Assembly (NCBI RefSeq): GCF_006345805.1
Contig: NC_043003.1
Span: 107,756,001 to 107,820,000, forward strand
Direction: 5' to 3'
Source of the DNA: Octopus sinensis
Lineage: Eukaryota
DNA: 64,000 nucleotides
Of this stretch, positions 52,039-64,000 are shown piece by piece. The position numbers and the translations under genes were made by a program. Below the pieces are notes generated by a model. That model did not search any database. It was not told where the DNA came from and saw only the letters and a list, made by a program, of their open reading frames with translations. How positions within the stretch are numbered: position 1 is the first letter of the stretch; each line of letters starts with the position of its first letter.

Positions 52039-52040
<2 letters not shown>
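48760..52040 (-). mobile_element. Decayed Penelope-like element, Naiad-like
   Basis: HAEKTDN.Y; NVKDHKPNF...P.VRLIYPSKSDL; KFIQIDISNYYASI..LLNKAL..ARKSI; ITMGSADPAQ; LYRDNAL (YRDD-type); VNLLCVTLDLSTG..SNHP; FPKNSLYQKIFN; CPLNSKCKTKNLVYRC..RLANH.NSFR..TSLSKLIW. The 48760 boundary is approximate. Confidence 0.85.
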
Positions 52041-52074
<34 letters not shown>

Positions 52075-52159
52075 ACCTCTCCATGTATTTAATAACCATC
52101 TCTCACTTGTACACTCAAATGTAATGAGTTGCGTCCAATGTAAATAGTCATATCGGTTC

Positions 52160-52200
52160 TCTCGCTCCGTGAGTTTCACGCTTTTGCGATCATCAGGCAT
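52160..52200 (-). ncRNA. Degenerate hammerhead motif
   Basis: Minus strand GC-CTGATGA-TCGC-AAAA-GCGT-GAAAC-TCAC-GGA-GC; core intact, triplet GGA, very short stem I. Confidence 0.4.
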
Positions 52201-53657
52201 ACATTTGTTCTGTGGTGTTCAGTATAGTTTTATATACATTATCAGAACTGTCTATCGTTTTGACCGACTGATTTCTAAAGTTTTAGTTAGATGCTGTCTC
52301 TAGCTGCCGTTTACTCGTCAGTTTGTTGATTCTTATGTTATTCACCGTTGTCTTCGCAATAACCTGTTTAATGTCTTCAGACGTTGTTTAAGCGGGATTG
52401 TTGATCTGTAACTCGTTTTTCATCAGTCAATTAAATAGTCATTCTGCTACTCGTCATTTGCGTTATCCTACCCTGTTTTGCTAAGCAGCGTCCTGTTTTG
52501 CGAAAAATGTTTATTTACTCATCCTATATTCATTAGCCGGTTCAATACTTGTCCAGCTTGTTGAGTACATGTATCTAAGCCTGCATTACTGAATGTCTCT
52601 TTGGTTTTAAAATTGTAAGAGATGATGTGAAGGAGAACTAACTACTATTTCTTGCATGTTAAACGATTACGTAGAGGTATGTGAACATGGTAAAGATGAC
52701 AATAGTGGTAGAATATCAGTATTATTGCTTGACAATAAATTCTAGCTTAAAAACCTTCGCATTTATAACTTTTATAACTTTGCTACAGCTCTTCCTTTCG
52801 AGATCAATAAAATAAAGTACCTGTAATATACTTGGATACTCGGACCTATTCATTCGATTAGTAAGCCTTCACTTACTTACGCTAATCAATACTGACCTTT
52901 TGTTTAAAAATATATTTCACTTCACCTGTATGTGACTGAGCAATATTAAATAAATAAATATAATAAAAATTATATATATGACAGTGATACAAATTGGAAT
53001 TGATTGCAAGTATAAAATATTCAGAAATGTTTAATTGTAAATTAAGCGTCAGGAAAAATGGTCGCTAATTAGTATTTATTATTGATGTATTCTGCCAGCA
53101 TGTCTTCAGTAAAAAGTAATTGGTGCTATGGTTTCACAGAAACGACTTCATTCTCTCTTAAGTGATTCCATCAAGTTAAAGTAGTCGTAAATTGGACTTT
53201 AAAATAAATGAGTGAATGCTAATAGTAGTAGTGACGGAGGTGGCGGAAATAAGACAAGTAATGATAGTAGTAATAGTTGTGATAGAGAACGTGAGACCAG
53301 GCAGTGATAATATCAGTTATAGCTTAAACAATATTTGACAGCAGCTGATAAATAGTATCTAGCTGGGAGACTATCTGTAGCAGCATTAAAACTTGTAAAA
53401 TTATTGATTTTGTTTTTGAAACTACGTACTAAAGCTTTATATTTTAAGAAATGGATAAAGTTACCAAGAGAATAGGTTGTATAAGTGTAACGAAGTGGTT
53501 TCAGTTAGAAACCATCCTAACGCCTATCATTCGCTCCAGAGTCTCAGTTTCATAGAAAATCGCAACGCTATTTATTTTTACACATGTACTAAGCCAATGA
53601 TTTTTAGAGAAGAGCGAATTAAAGGGATCGACTACAGTACGCGCGTGTGCGCACACA

Positions 53658-53694
<37 letters not shown>

Positions 53695-53837
53695 CTAAAT
53701 ATGTATTTATACTTATCTAAATCAGTCTGTTTTTCTGTCTGTCTCTGTCGCTGTTTGTTTCTCACTCACTCTCTCTTTCTCTTTCTCTTTTTCTTTATCT
53801 CTCTCTCTTCTCTCTCTCTCTCTCTCTCTTCTCTATA

Positions 53838-53869
<32 letters not shown>

Positions 53870-54225
53870 TATAGGTAAACAGTAAAATTAAATACAGACA
53901 TGGACAAGAACATGAAACACCACAGAGACGACACAAGAACCACAGGACGGGACATTCGAAGCCCTCAGTCATCAGTCAAGAACCAGATCATCTTAGCAAT
54001 TTCGGCTGATTAATCTTATATATATATTATATATATATATATATTGGAAGGTTTGGAGATGATGTACAGGTATTATATATTAGAAGAAATGTTTGATTTG
54101 AAAACCCCACTAGAATGGGAGAAAGCGCTAATGATCTAAGTGATATGTATATATATATAAAAAAATGTAATATACAAATAAATATCTGTAAATATAACCA
54201 TCCGATCTTCTGAGTACCTCATTTC

Positions 54226-54306
<81 letters not shown>

Positions 54307-54362
54307 GTGGTTCTAAATTGAATTTTTTCCCTGTAAGTTTGGATTTATATTCCTTCAAATAA

Positions 54363-54398
<36 letters not shown>

Positions 54399-54453
54399 TA
54401 TATATATATATATATATATAATATATATAATATATATTATATATATATATTAT

Positions 54454-54605
54454 GGGCTTCTTTTAGTTTCCGCCTACCAAATTCACTCACATGGCTTTGG
54501 TCGGCTCGAGGCTATAGAAGACACTTGTACGAGGTGCAACACAGTGGAACTGAACTCGGAGCCATGTGGTTGGGCAGCAAGCTTCTTACCCACAACTACG
54601 TCTGC
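54454..54605 (-). mobile_element. SINE 5' half (OR-like)
   Basis: GCTTCTTTTAGTTTCCGCCTACCAAATTCACTCAC..GAAGACACTTG..GGAACTGAACTCGGAGCCATGTGG. Confidence 0.8.
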
Positions 54606-54662
54606 ATTTTGCTCTCCCTCACTCTCTCTATATGTATATATATTATATATATATATATTATA

Positions 54663-54703
<41 letters not shown>

Positions 54704-55183
54704 TATATAAAATTTTAATTAAACAGAAAATGGAGAAATATTGGTGAGCAACAATTGACTAACATCAATTATTATTTATTAATTCAATGCAAATAGACTG
54801 CATCTCATCTAACAGCTGTTTCTGCTTCCAATGTCGTATGGTATTGTCATCGTTATGCTAAAATATTTATCATATTTGTTAGTAAAACCGATCTGAAACA
54901 TGTAGCTTCATCAGTGTGAAGAATATATAAAAAGAAGAGCCTATACACACACGCATACTCAACACACACACAATGACACACATGGAGATATATATCCATG
55001 CATAATAGACGCATGTATATAGTCAAACAAACCCATACACACAGACACACTCAAACACGCACACACAAGGAGACAGAGATACACTCAGAAATAACAACAC
55101 ACACACATACAAACACACAAACATGCACACACAAACACATGAATATGCAGAATTCATACATGCAAAGGTACACACATGCATAC

Positions 55184-55267
<84 letters not shown>

Positions 55268-55403
55268 GCATACACACGCGCATACATACAACATATATAC
55301 GCATGTAGATACATACGGCTGAGCCCCAGCATGGCCACAGCTCGTGAGCTGAAAGTAGATAAAATAAAATAAAATAAAATAATATAATACATACATACAT
55401 ACA

Positions 55404-55434
<31 letters not shown>

Positions 55435-58400
55435 GTGTATACACATGCACACTGACGCTCACACATGTGCACAAACAAACAAACAAACAAACAAAGAGAA
55501 CGTAGTTCCACAAACGGACAGAATCAACAATTATTGAAGCAACGAAAATTTTAGAAAAAAGAAAATATAAATGAGTAGAAATTGAACCGGGGAGTGTGTT
55601 AAGGCATTAAAACAGAATGACTCTCCCCAGACACCGCAAAATATGCTTCAACACACAAATTCACATAAAAAATCTTGCAAACCAAATACAAAAACGAAAT
55701 ATATATATATATATAAAATCATAACTTTAAATCCACCCTTAATTACAGAAGTGGAGAGGTGCTATCATATGCATATTGTCAATTTTCTATTACTGTATAA
55801 TATCAGTAAGGCAACATGAATGGACAATGCAATGTAAATTGTTTTGAGAACTATTTTAATAGGTATTAAGGAAATTTCTTTAAATGTTATTCTGACCACC
55901 TAACCTCGGTCCAGTTTCATCACAAATATATAAGAAAAGCGATCGTTGCGAAAATAGGACACATGACGGTATGTTGTGTCTCAATACGAAGCCGTAGTTT
56001 TGTGGAGGCTCAGAGGACATTAACAGATCTCATCTTCATATCACTGACAAGTCATCTTAACAGCAACGCCAAGCAACATCGATTTTAACTTGAAAAATTC
56101 CATGAAATTGTAGCGTCGTTAAATTTCATATATTTATTGCCAATCGCAAGCAATTGAAAGAGTACAAAAATACTTGAAATAATGGATTTTGTAACGTTGT
56201 CGATTCCATTAAACATCTACTTGCCATTATTGCTGGTCAGCGAATGGTAATATTGTAAACATAACTTTTCTAGGCTGTATTTCGAGTAAAACTACGTTTG
56301 TGGCAAAATCAATACTGCGTTTTAAAGACTCACCGACATATATGTAAACAGTATGATATTCACTGATAGATGCTCCGCTACACGTACATAGATATACATT
56401 TAAATATCGACAGACACATTTTTCCATATATGTGTTAATCTCCATCCATGAGCAAATTTGTGCTTATATAAATAGTTACAGTTATTACTGCTAGCTCTTT
56501 TCCTGCATTCGAAGAAGCAAGTCGCTCTGCCATCAGTCAATTACCTAATAAAATGTTCCAGACTAGTTACCATCAAACCAAACACTTTTTCTAGTCTTTA
56601 CATATCCACAGCTGTTCAACACTAACACTTATCTCTACCACTGTTTATGTCTACATTAAACCTTCAAATGTCCATAGAATTATCCTATCTAAAGGCACAT
56701 TGACCACAGCAAGCTGTAAAAAATCTAATGGAGGCGATCGAACCGAGCTTATCTCTTATCTGCTCACAAACAAGCAACTTAAGATGGCAGCTGAGCAAGG
56801 CTATATCCCAATCATTCTAAATCGACCATTTCCTAAAGACCGATTTAGACAACCTACCGATATATGAAAGAAAAATATCTCTTTTCACTGACCTTACTTT
56901 ATAGGAAATCGTGATTATGCAAAAAATAAATTATTAAGCATTCTCAGGCTGCTTGTTACGACAGCGAAATGATACCGATGAATGGAATAAAGCAATCCTG
57001 TTTCGATTGGAATTGCAGCCCGTCTAGCAGGAAGATACTGAAACTGTCTCCAATTTTATCAAACAATTACTATTTACGACATCTGTTTACAGCTGGATAG
57101 TGTGCTGACAGTAAGGTGACCTTGGCTATTTACTAGCTTTGTCTGGTCTGTTGAACGTTGCTTCAGTCATGAAGACAGACAAATACCGGTGACAGAACGT
57201 GAAACTCTATCGCTCGTTTTTGTAGTTGGCCTTTCTATCGACGCTTAACTTTTGTTTGTCAAGTTTAAAACGATTCATTAATTCACTTTGTCCACATAAA
57301 CATGTAAATTGTTTTGCTATTATTTCTCTTTCTGTCATATCAGATATTTGCAGATTGTTTATGTGTATCTGTGCTTACGTGTGACGTGTGTGTTGTGTAA
57401 ATTCTTAAAGAAATGAATAATTCATTATAAAACTTTAATACTGATGTCTCTTGTTTCATTTTTCCCTAAAAGACACAAGTGGGAATAGTGGAATAGCAGA
57501 ATAACGGAAGGAAAAGTGCGTGTGAGGAAAAATCTAACATTGTTTAGATAACGCTTTTATTAAATTATCATAAAAAGTTCTTAAAATGTATAATTTTATC
57601 GTAAAACGGAAGTCCAAGCCTGAATTACTGGAGTAATTGAAAATGTACTGCCTAGTTTTAAGAACAAAAAATATATTAAAAAATGAAGATAAAAAAATAA
57701 AGGAAAATATAATCTACTGAATATTTATATTTACATTTTTTTTTGTAATGATGATGGGAGCCAGTAAAACGAACTAAATGCATATACTGAATTATTAACT
57801 TCGTTGAAATTATCGTCTGTGATAGATTAAGGAAAAAAAAATAATAACGAAATATCTGCTTCAAAATAATGGTGTCTCTCTTGGTCCGCACATATTTCAG
57901 GAAGCAAATGAATCAATAAAACAAACGTTTAGTGAATATCAATGTCAGAGGGATAATATAGGAGGAAATATGGTGAGAATGTGTAGAATATGTAGTAAGA
58001 ATTCAGCAAGAAGCATTCACGTCTCGAATTTAATTCTCGGTTATAACTCATTCCATTCTGCATATGATGGCACAACAAACTATTTCATAACTACTCTCCT
58101 ATAAATTTAAGATCTTATGTCGTACCGTCATAATTCTTAATATCGTTTTCTTTTCAGGCACTACCACCGAAGTGAATTAATGGGGAGTAACTAAGAACGA
58201 AAAAAACAGAGAAGAAACGGAAAAAGGAAGATAAAGAGGTGAGTAAGCTAGTAGGAATAGGAGAGAAAGTGAGAGAGAACAAAATAGGAAAGGAGAGAGG
58301 AAAGGAGATAGAAACAGATAAATAAGAGAAAGGTAAAGAAAGACATATATATATATATATTATGTGTGTGTGTATATATATATGTATATATGTATATATA

Positions 58401-58477
58401 TATATGTATATACATATGTATATATATATGTTTGTATGTATGTATATATATATATATGTGTTTGTATATATATGTGT

Positions 58478-58536
<59 letters not shown>

Positions 58537-58544
58537 GTGTATAC

Positions 58545-58579
<35 letters not shown>

Positions 58580-59562
58580 AGAAATTAGAGAAAGGTATAT
58601 ATATATATATTGGATACTGAATAAACGGCAATATACTTTCTATTTTTCCCCTTTACAGTTAACTGTTGAGAAAAGAAGAGATGAAAAATTATAAAAAAAC
58701 CCAACAATTTAAGCGCCAAACTCACATGAAACACAACATAGGCCTTTAATGTTATCTTTTATTTTGTAAAACTTGGAATGTAAGCTTCTAAAGGATGCCA
58801 GGGTTTTCGTTTATCTGCACAGACCATAAAACGCAAGAACAATGAAAGAGGAGTTAATGAAACACAAGTTAAATTTACATATGTTTATGTGTATATTTAA
58901 TCTCTTGGTGGCTTCATTCCAAATCCGCCATTTGTCAGCTCATCCCTCCCTCAATAAATCCGAGATCGTTAGAAATCACCACTAGATGTCACTAGTGTTG
59001 AGAATGTGCGCAATAAAAACCTTATACAGTTTATACGGTGATAATCGGTTACTTTTAATGTTGCAACATGCAAAAAGAAAAAGAAAAAGCAAAACCAAAA
59101 CGGGAGCAATAATGCGTTATCTTTTCTAAGTAAACCTTCAGCGTTAAAGAAGTATGTAATAAAAAGTCACACTAAAACTTACTGTTTCCATAGAAACACA
59201 TACTATTAGACGCTGGTTCAACGAGAGAAAACGAAAGTGAAACAAAAAGATAGAAAAAGAAAAAAAAAATAGAGATACGTAAAGAAAGAAAGGAAGAAAG
59301 AAAGAAAATAAAGAGAATAACAAAAGCAGCAAGGAAAATATATTATGAAAGAGAAGGAAAAGGAAAACTATTTGCGACTACGAAAAAATGTGTCTCCCGA
59401 GTTTATATCGAAGTTAAAATGAAACTGTGTTTTGGTTGTCGACTTTCAGAAAGTCTTATCCTCTCTCTCGTCTCTTCTCTTTCTCTCTCAACTGCTATCA
59501 CTAACTATACACACACACACATAGATACATGCAAAAATATACATATGCGTGCATATATATAT

Positions 59563-59604
<42 letters not shown>

Positions 59605-59847
59605 TGTATATATAACATATAGAAAGCCATCTGTCATCTTATTCACACACAGGTATTTATATGTATGTATGCGTACATATATGTATACACACACATACGC
59701 ACACATATGTATGTATACATACACATGCACACGCGCGCACACAAACACACACATATAGCACATATTGATATACAGATGCGTATACACCTCCACATCTATG
59801 ATTATACATTTATGTGTATGTATCTATATCTATCTCTCTCTCTCTCA

Positions 59848-59908
<61 letters not shown>

Positions 59909-60070
59909 TAGATATATATAGATACATATTCATATATGTATAATCATATATATATATATATACACACACACACATATACATACACACAGATATATAAATC
60001 TAAGTATATATGTACATATATATACATACATGCATGCATATTATGTAAATATGTATAGACACACGCACAC

Positions 60071-60101
<31 letters not shown>

Positions 60102-60592
60102 TGTATGTATATCTCAGCTATAATCGCAAAGCAATAAATTCTCAGCGAAGTGAGAATAAGCAACCAGTTCTATAGAGTTTGATGATTTACACCCAACCAT
60201 TCCACCGTTGGCCTGTTTGTATTAGATGGGACAAGACATTTATTACCAGTTCTACACTAAGAAACTTGTCGAAAATGTACAGACAGCAGCGACATTGTTA
60301 GAACTAGAAATAAACGATGGATGCACATGTGTACGTGAGGGTGTGCGGGTGTGCGTGCGCGCACGTGTGTATATGTGTGTGCGTGTGTATGTGTGTGTGC
60401 GTCTGTGTTAGTGAGTGTGAGTGTATATATGTGTATGCTAGTGTATGTTTTTGTGTGATTGTATATGTGCAGCCGTGATGGTCTATGTATGTATGTTTGT
60501 GTTAATGCACGTGCGTGCGATTGTATGTGTGTATATGATGTGTATATATCTGCGCGCACATACATGTCTCTGAAGCTGTAGAGTGTGTATGC

Positions 60593-60634
<42 letters not shown>

Positions 60635-61089
60635 GAATCTACGTACATACATACATATATGTATGTAAGTTTGTATGTAGATGGCTGTCCAATCTTCGTT
60701 ACAGTTACAGCGCTTGAGTGTGCTTATGTGTTTGTATGTCCGACTGTACGTATTTGTAAGTGTTCATGTGTTTGTGAGTTTGCATTCGTGTGTGTTGACC
60801 GTTATGCAATCGATGCTATATTCATGCCACTGATTCATATGTAGTTGCGAGTTTTGTAGACACGCCTGTCCCCACAAACACGCATACACAATCATGAAAA
60901 GTTAAGCATACTCATAATGAAACGTGTGTGAGCGATTTATGTTATTGCAAGGGCATGAATATTTGTATGTTTGTAAAATGTTAATATAAAATAAAATGAA
61001 GCTCTGTTGATCTCACTTAAGCTTTGCGGCAAAAGTAAGGTTCCGTCCCTCATCTCTCAACGAGATAAATGTTGAAAGAACCTGTTTAA

Positions 61090-61581
61090 CACTTCGTGGG
61101 CCGGCGGGGTTGGAATAACACAATAAGCTATTGGGGTCACCTTTTATTTTTATGCATTTCCGCACTATTCATAAAGTAATATTTGTTTAATCTTGTATAT
61201 AGCACTTTTTTTATAGTTTTATAAACTATACCTATAGCACAAAATATAAAATAAAACAAAATTATTTAGTATATCGATTCATACCAGTATAAATACTAAG
61301 AAAATTGACTTACAGTTCATCTGAATATATAAAAAATGAGCAGAAAAAAAACTTCACAGAAGGTCAATGGGGTCCAGTTGAACCCCAATGACTATATTTT
61401 ATGCTATAACATCCAACATCCAAATGACTTGAAATGTTTAACTCAAAATGTGTATGTGCAAACATGAACTATTGACAATTTAAGTCATTAGATATAAAAT
61501 CAATTAAATAAAAAATGCAAAAGTTGCATAACTTTTAAAAGTTGCTGGGGTCCCAAGGGAACCCCGCCGGCCCACAAAGAG
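61090..61581. mobile_element. piggyBac-type MITE
   Basis: TTAA|CACTTCGTGGGCCGGCGGGGTT ... AACCCCGCCGGCCCACAAAGAG|TTAT: 22-bp TIR with 2 mismatches, TTAA/TTAT flanks, internal GGGGTC..ACCCC palindromes. Confidence 0.75.
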
Positions 61582-61619
61582 TTATGCCACATAACCTGGG
61601 GTAGATTAAATCTACCTTT

Positions 61620-63020
61620 GTGCTTGATTGGTATTTAATTTATCAATCAGAAAGGACAAAAGATAGAAATGGTCTCAGTGGGATTTGAACGGAGAACGTA
61701 AAGAGACAAAATACCCTGCAGTATTTTGTCCACTACTTCTAATATTTTTTCATTCCACAGCCCCAAATCTAGTTAAAATATTTTCCTATCAAATTGACGT
61801 GTTTCTAGAGATGATGGTTTTTAAATTTCAGTATTTTAAAGATTTAGGGCAGCTAGCTAGTTGAATCGTTAGCTCTCTAGACAAAATACTTGGCAGAATT
61901 TCATCCGTATTTACGTTCTGAGTTCAATTTCTGCCGAGGTCGATTTGGCTTTCATCTTTTCGAGATCGATAGAATAAGTACCAGTTGATCACTAGGGTCG
62001 ATGTAATCGACTTAGTCCCCACCCCACCGAAATTGCTGGCCTTTTACCAAAATTTGAAACCAATATTTTAAAGGTTTAGGGTGGCGCGGTGGTAGAATCT
62101 TTCGCTCGCCTGACAGTATACTTAGCGGCATTTCGTCCATCTTTCTTTCTGTGTCCGAATTCTGCCGAGGACAATTTGCATTTCATCTTTTCGAGGTCGA
62201 TAAAATAAGTACCAGTCGAGCACTGGGGTTAATGTAATCGACTTAACCATCCCCTGAAATTGCTGGCGTTGTGCCAAAATGTTGCTGAACTGGTATTTAT
62301 TTTATCGACCCTGAAAGGGAAGAAAAGACAAAGTCGACCTCGGCGGAATTTGAACTCAGAACGTTAAGACGGACGAAATGCTACTAAGCATCTTGCTCGG
62401 TGTGGTAACGTTTCTTATTTCCTTATTGCCCACAAGTGGTTAAACATAGAGGGGACAAACAAGGACAGACAAAGGGATTAAGTCGATTACATCGACCCCG
62501 AAAGGATGAAAGGCAAAGTCGACCTTGGCGGAATTTGAACTCAGAACGTAAAGACAGACGAAATACCTATTTCTTTTCTACCCACAGAGAGGACAAACAA
62601 GGACAGACAAACGGATTAAGTCGACTATATCGATCCCAGTGCGTAACTGGTACTTAATTTATAGACCCCGAAAAGATGAAAGGCAAAGTCGACCTTGGAG
62701 GAATTTGAACTCAGAACGTAAAGACAGAAGAAATACCGCTAAGCATTTCGTCCGGCCTGCTATCGTCTCTGCCAACTCGCCGCCTTTATGAGAGAAAATA
62801 TTGGTTTCAAATTCTGGCACAAGGCCAGTCGTTTCCGGGGAGTAGGTAAGTCGATTACATCGATTTCTAGTGCACGATTAGTACTTAATTTATCGACCAC
62901 GAAGGATGAAAGGCAAAGTGGACCTCGGCGGAATTTGAACTCAGAACGTAAAGACTTAACGGGCGAAATGTCGCAAAGCAGTTTGCCCGGCCTCCTAACG
63001 ATTCTGCCAGCTCGCAGTCT
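61620..63020. mobile_element. Cluster of about 7 third-family SINE copies/fragments in both orientations
   Basis: Plus copies about 61845-62060 and 62075-62290; minus fragments about 61620-61760 and 62285-63020, with AAGGCAAAGTCGACCT.GGCGGAATTTGAACTCAGAACGT repeated. Confidence 0.85.
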
Positions 63021-63134
63021 TATTCTAGCATCATATTATAATTGAAGTAATGACCTCCAATGCTTTGATTATTTTCCTCCGTCCCTTTCTCTCTCTCTCT
63101 CTCTCTTTCTCTGTTTCTTTTCTTCTCTCCACTG

Positions 63135-63400
63135 GTGACCTATGACCTACCCATCAGTGGGCTAGCTCTTGTCCTGGAGAAATTTGGTGGAATATGTGTC
63201 AAACTCGACATTAGAAAAGCTTTCGATCATGCCTGGCATGCGAAGTCCTATCGAAACATCTTGTCTATGGACTCCTCCTAATTTGTATTCTTTTGGATCG
63301 GTGTAGATGGATCGGTGTAGATGGACTTCTTTATGTTTCACATTTCATTAACTTTGGCGTGTCCCCACGTCTCACTAGTCTCTCTTCCTCCTAGCAAACT
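63135..63400 (+). mobile_element. CR1/L2/Jockey-type LINE RT fragment
   Basis: THQW..LEKFGGICVKLDIRKAFDHAWH (LD..KAFD.VWH motif), later a degenerate N.GVP. Confidence 0.55.
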
Positions 63401-64000
63401 TTTTTTGCCTTACTTCACAGGCCTCATACTACTTATACTCGGTTCTTCCTTACTGTAAAGATCGATTTCCCCTGACGACCTTTGTTTCTTAATTTCTCTC
63501 AAGCAGACTCTTTTCATTTCCCTCTCAGATTCTTCCACAGACACTATCTCCCTCGGTTTCTAAGGCTCTGTTATGATGCAGTGTATGAGAGTGATAGAAG
63601 AGCACTCACAATGTCTACTTCATCCAGAGATAAAGTGTGAAGCAACAGGTTAACTATCCCCACTCATCTAGAATCCTCACAGAAAACTCCAAGAACATAG
63701 CATGCCTTGACGAACTGACATGTACAAAAAGACCTAATATTGCTTAAAGACGAAAAAAAAAAAAGGAAACAAAGAAACGAACACCAAAAAGTCAGTACGT
63801 TATATAAGATTTATTTGAAGGAGTTTAACAGAAAAAATGGTCGACGATATATTTGAAATAATCTTCATTGATGCTATCTCTCTTTGCAAGTTTTCTGTTA
63901 CTGTCGTCATAAAACTAGAATAATTATATCTTGAAGTTTAGGGACTTCGTTTTTACTACCAATCCTCTTGATTTTATCATATAATGTTAAACAGTAGCTT

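Noticed and set aside
53875-54020. Hammerhead in a (TA)n-flanked fragment (minus CTGATGA..CGAATGTC)
   Set aside because: Lacks GAAA and a pairing stem I; kept only as a probable PLE-end fragment.

Overview
Eukaryotic, AT-rich, repeat-saturated DNA with no recognisable host protein-coding gene, rRNA, true tRNA gene or CRISPR array. The SINE families and dense (TA)n/(CA)n/(TACA)n/(CTAT)n microsatellites resemble octopus DNA (inference from recalled repeat families, not a database search). Most listed ORFs are microsatellite translations. Supported content: a decayed Mutator/MULE element with a 45-bp subterminal array and a nested hAT MITE; two DD34E Tc1 elements; a mariner fragment and a maT-like (DD37D-type) deletion derivative; three non-autonomous Helitrons, one carrying an open PIF1-helicase C-terminal ORF; a piggyBac-type MITE; RTE, Tx1/L1 and CR1-like LINE fragments; Penelope-like elements (PLEs) of two clades (Neptune-like and Naiad-like); and many tRNA-derived SINEs. 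The most notable signal is four short ORF-less units (about 0.4-0.7 kb) of unrelated sequence, each set in (TA)n. All four carry a type I hammerhead ribozyme motif (intact or degenerate) and an inverted partial copy. Two also have terminal direct repeats and one records a tail-to-head monomer junction, so they look like retrozyme-like non-autonomous PLE derivatives. All calls were read by eye; coordinates of decayed elements are approximate.
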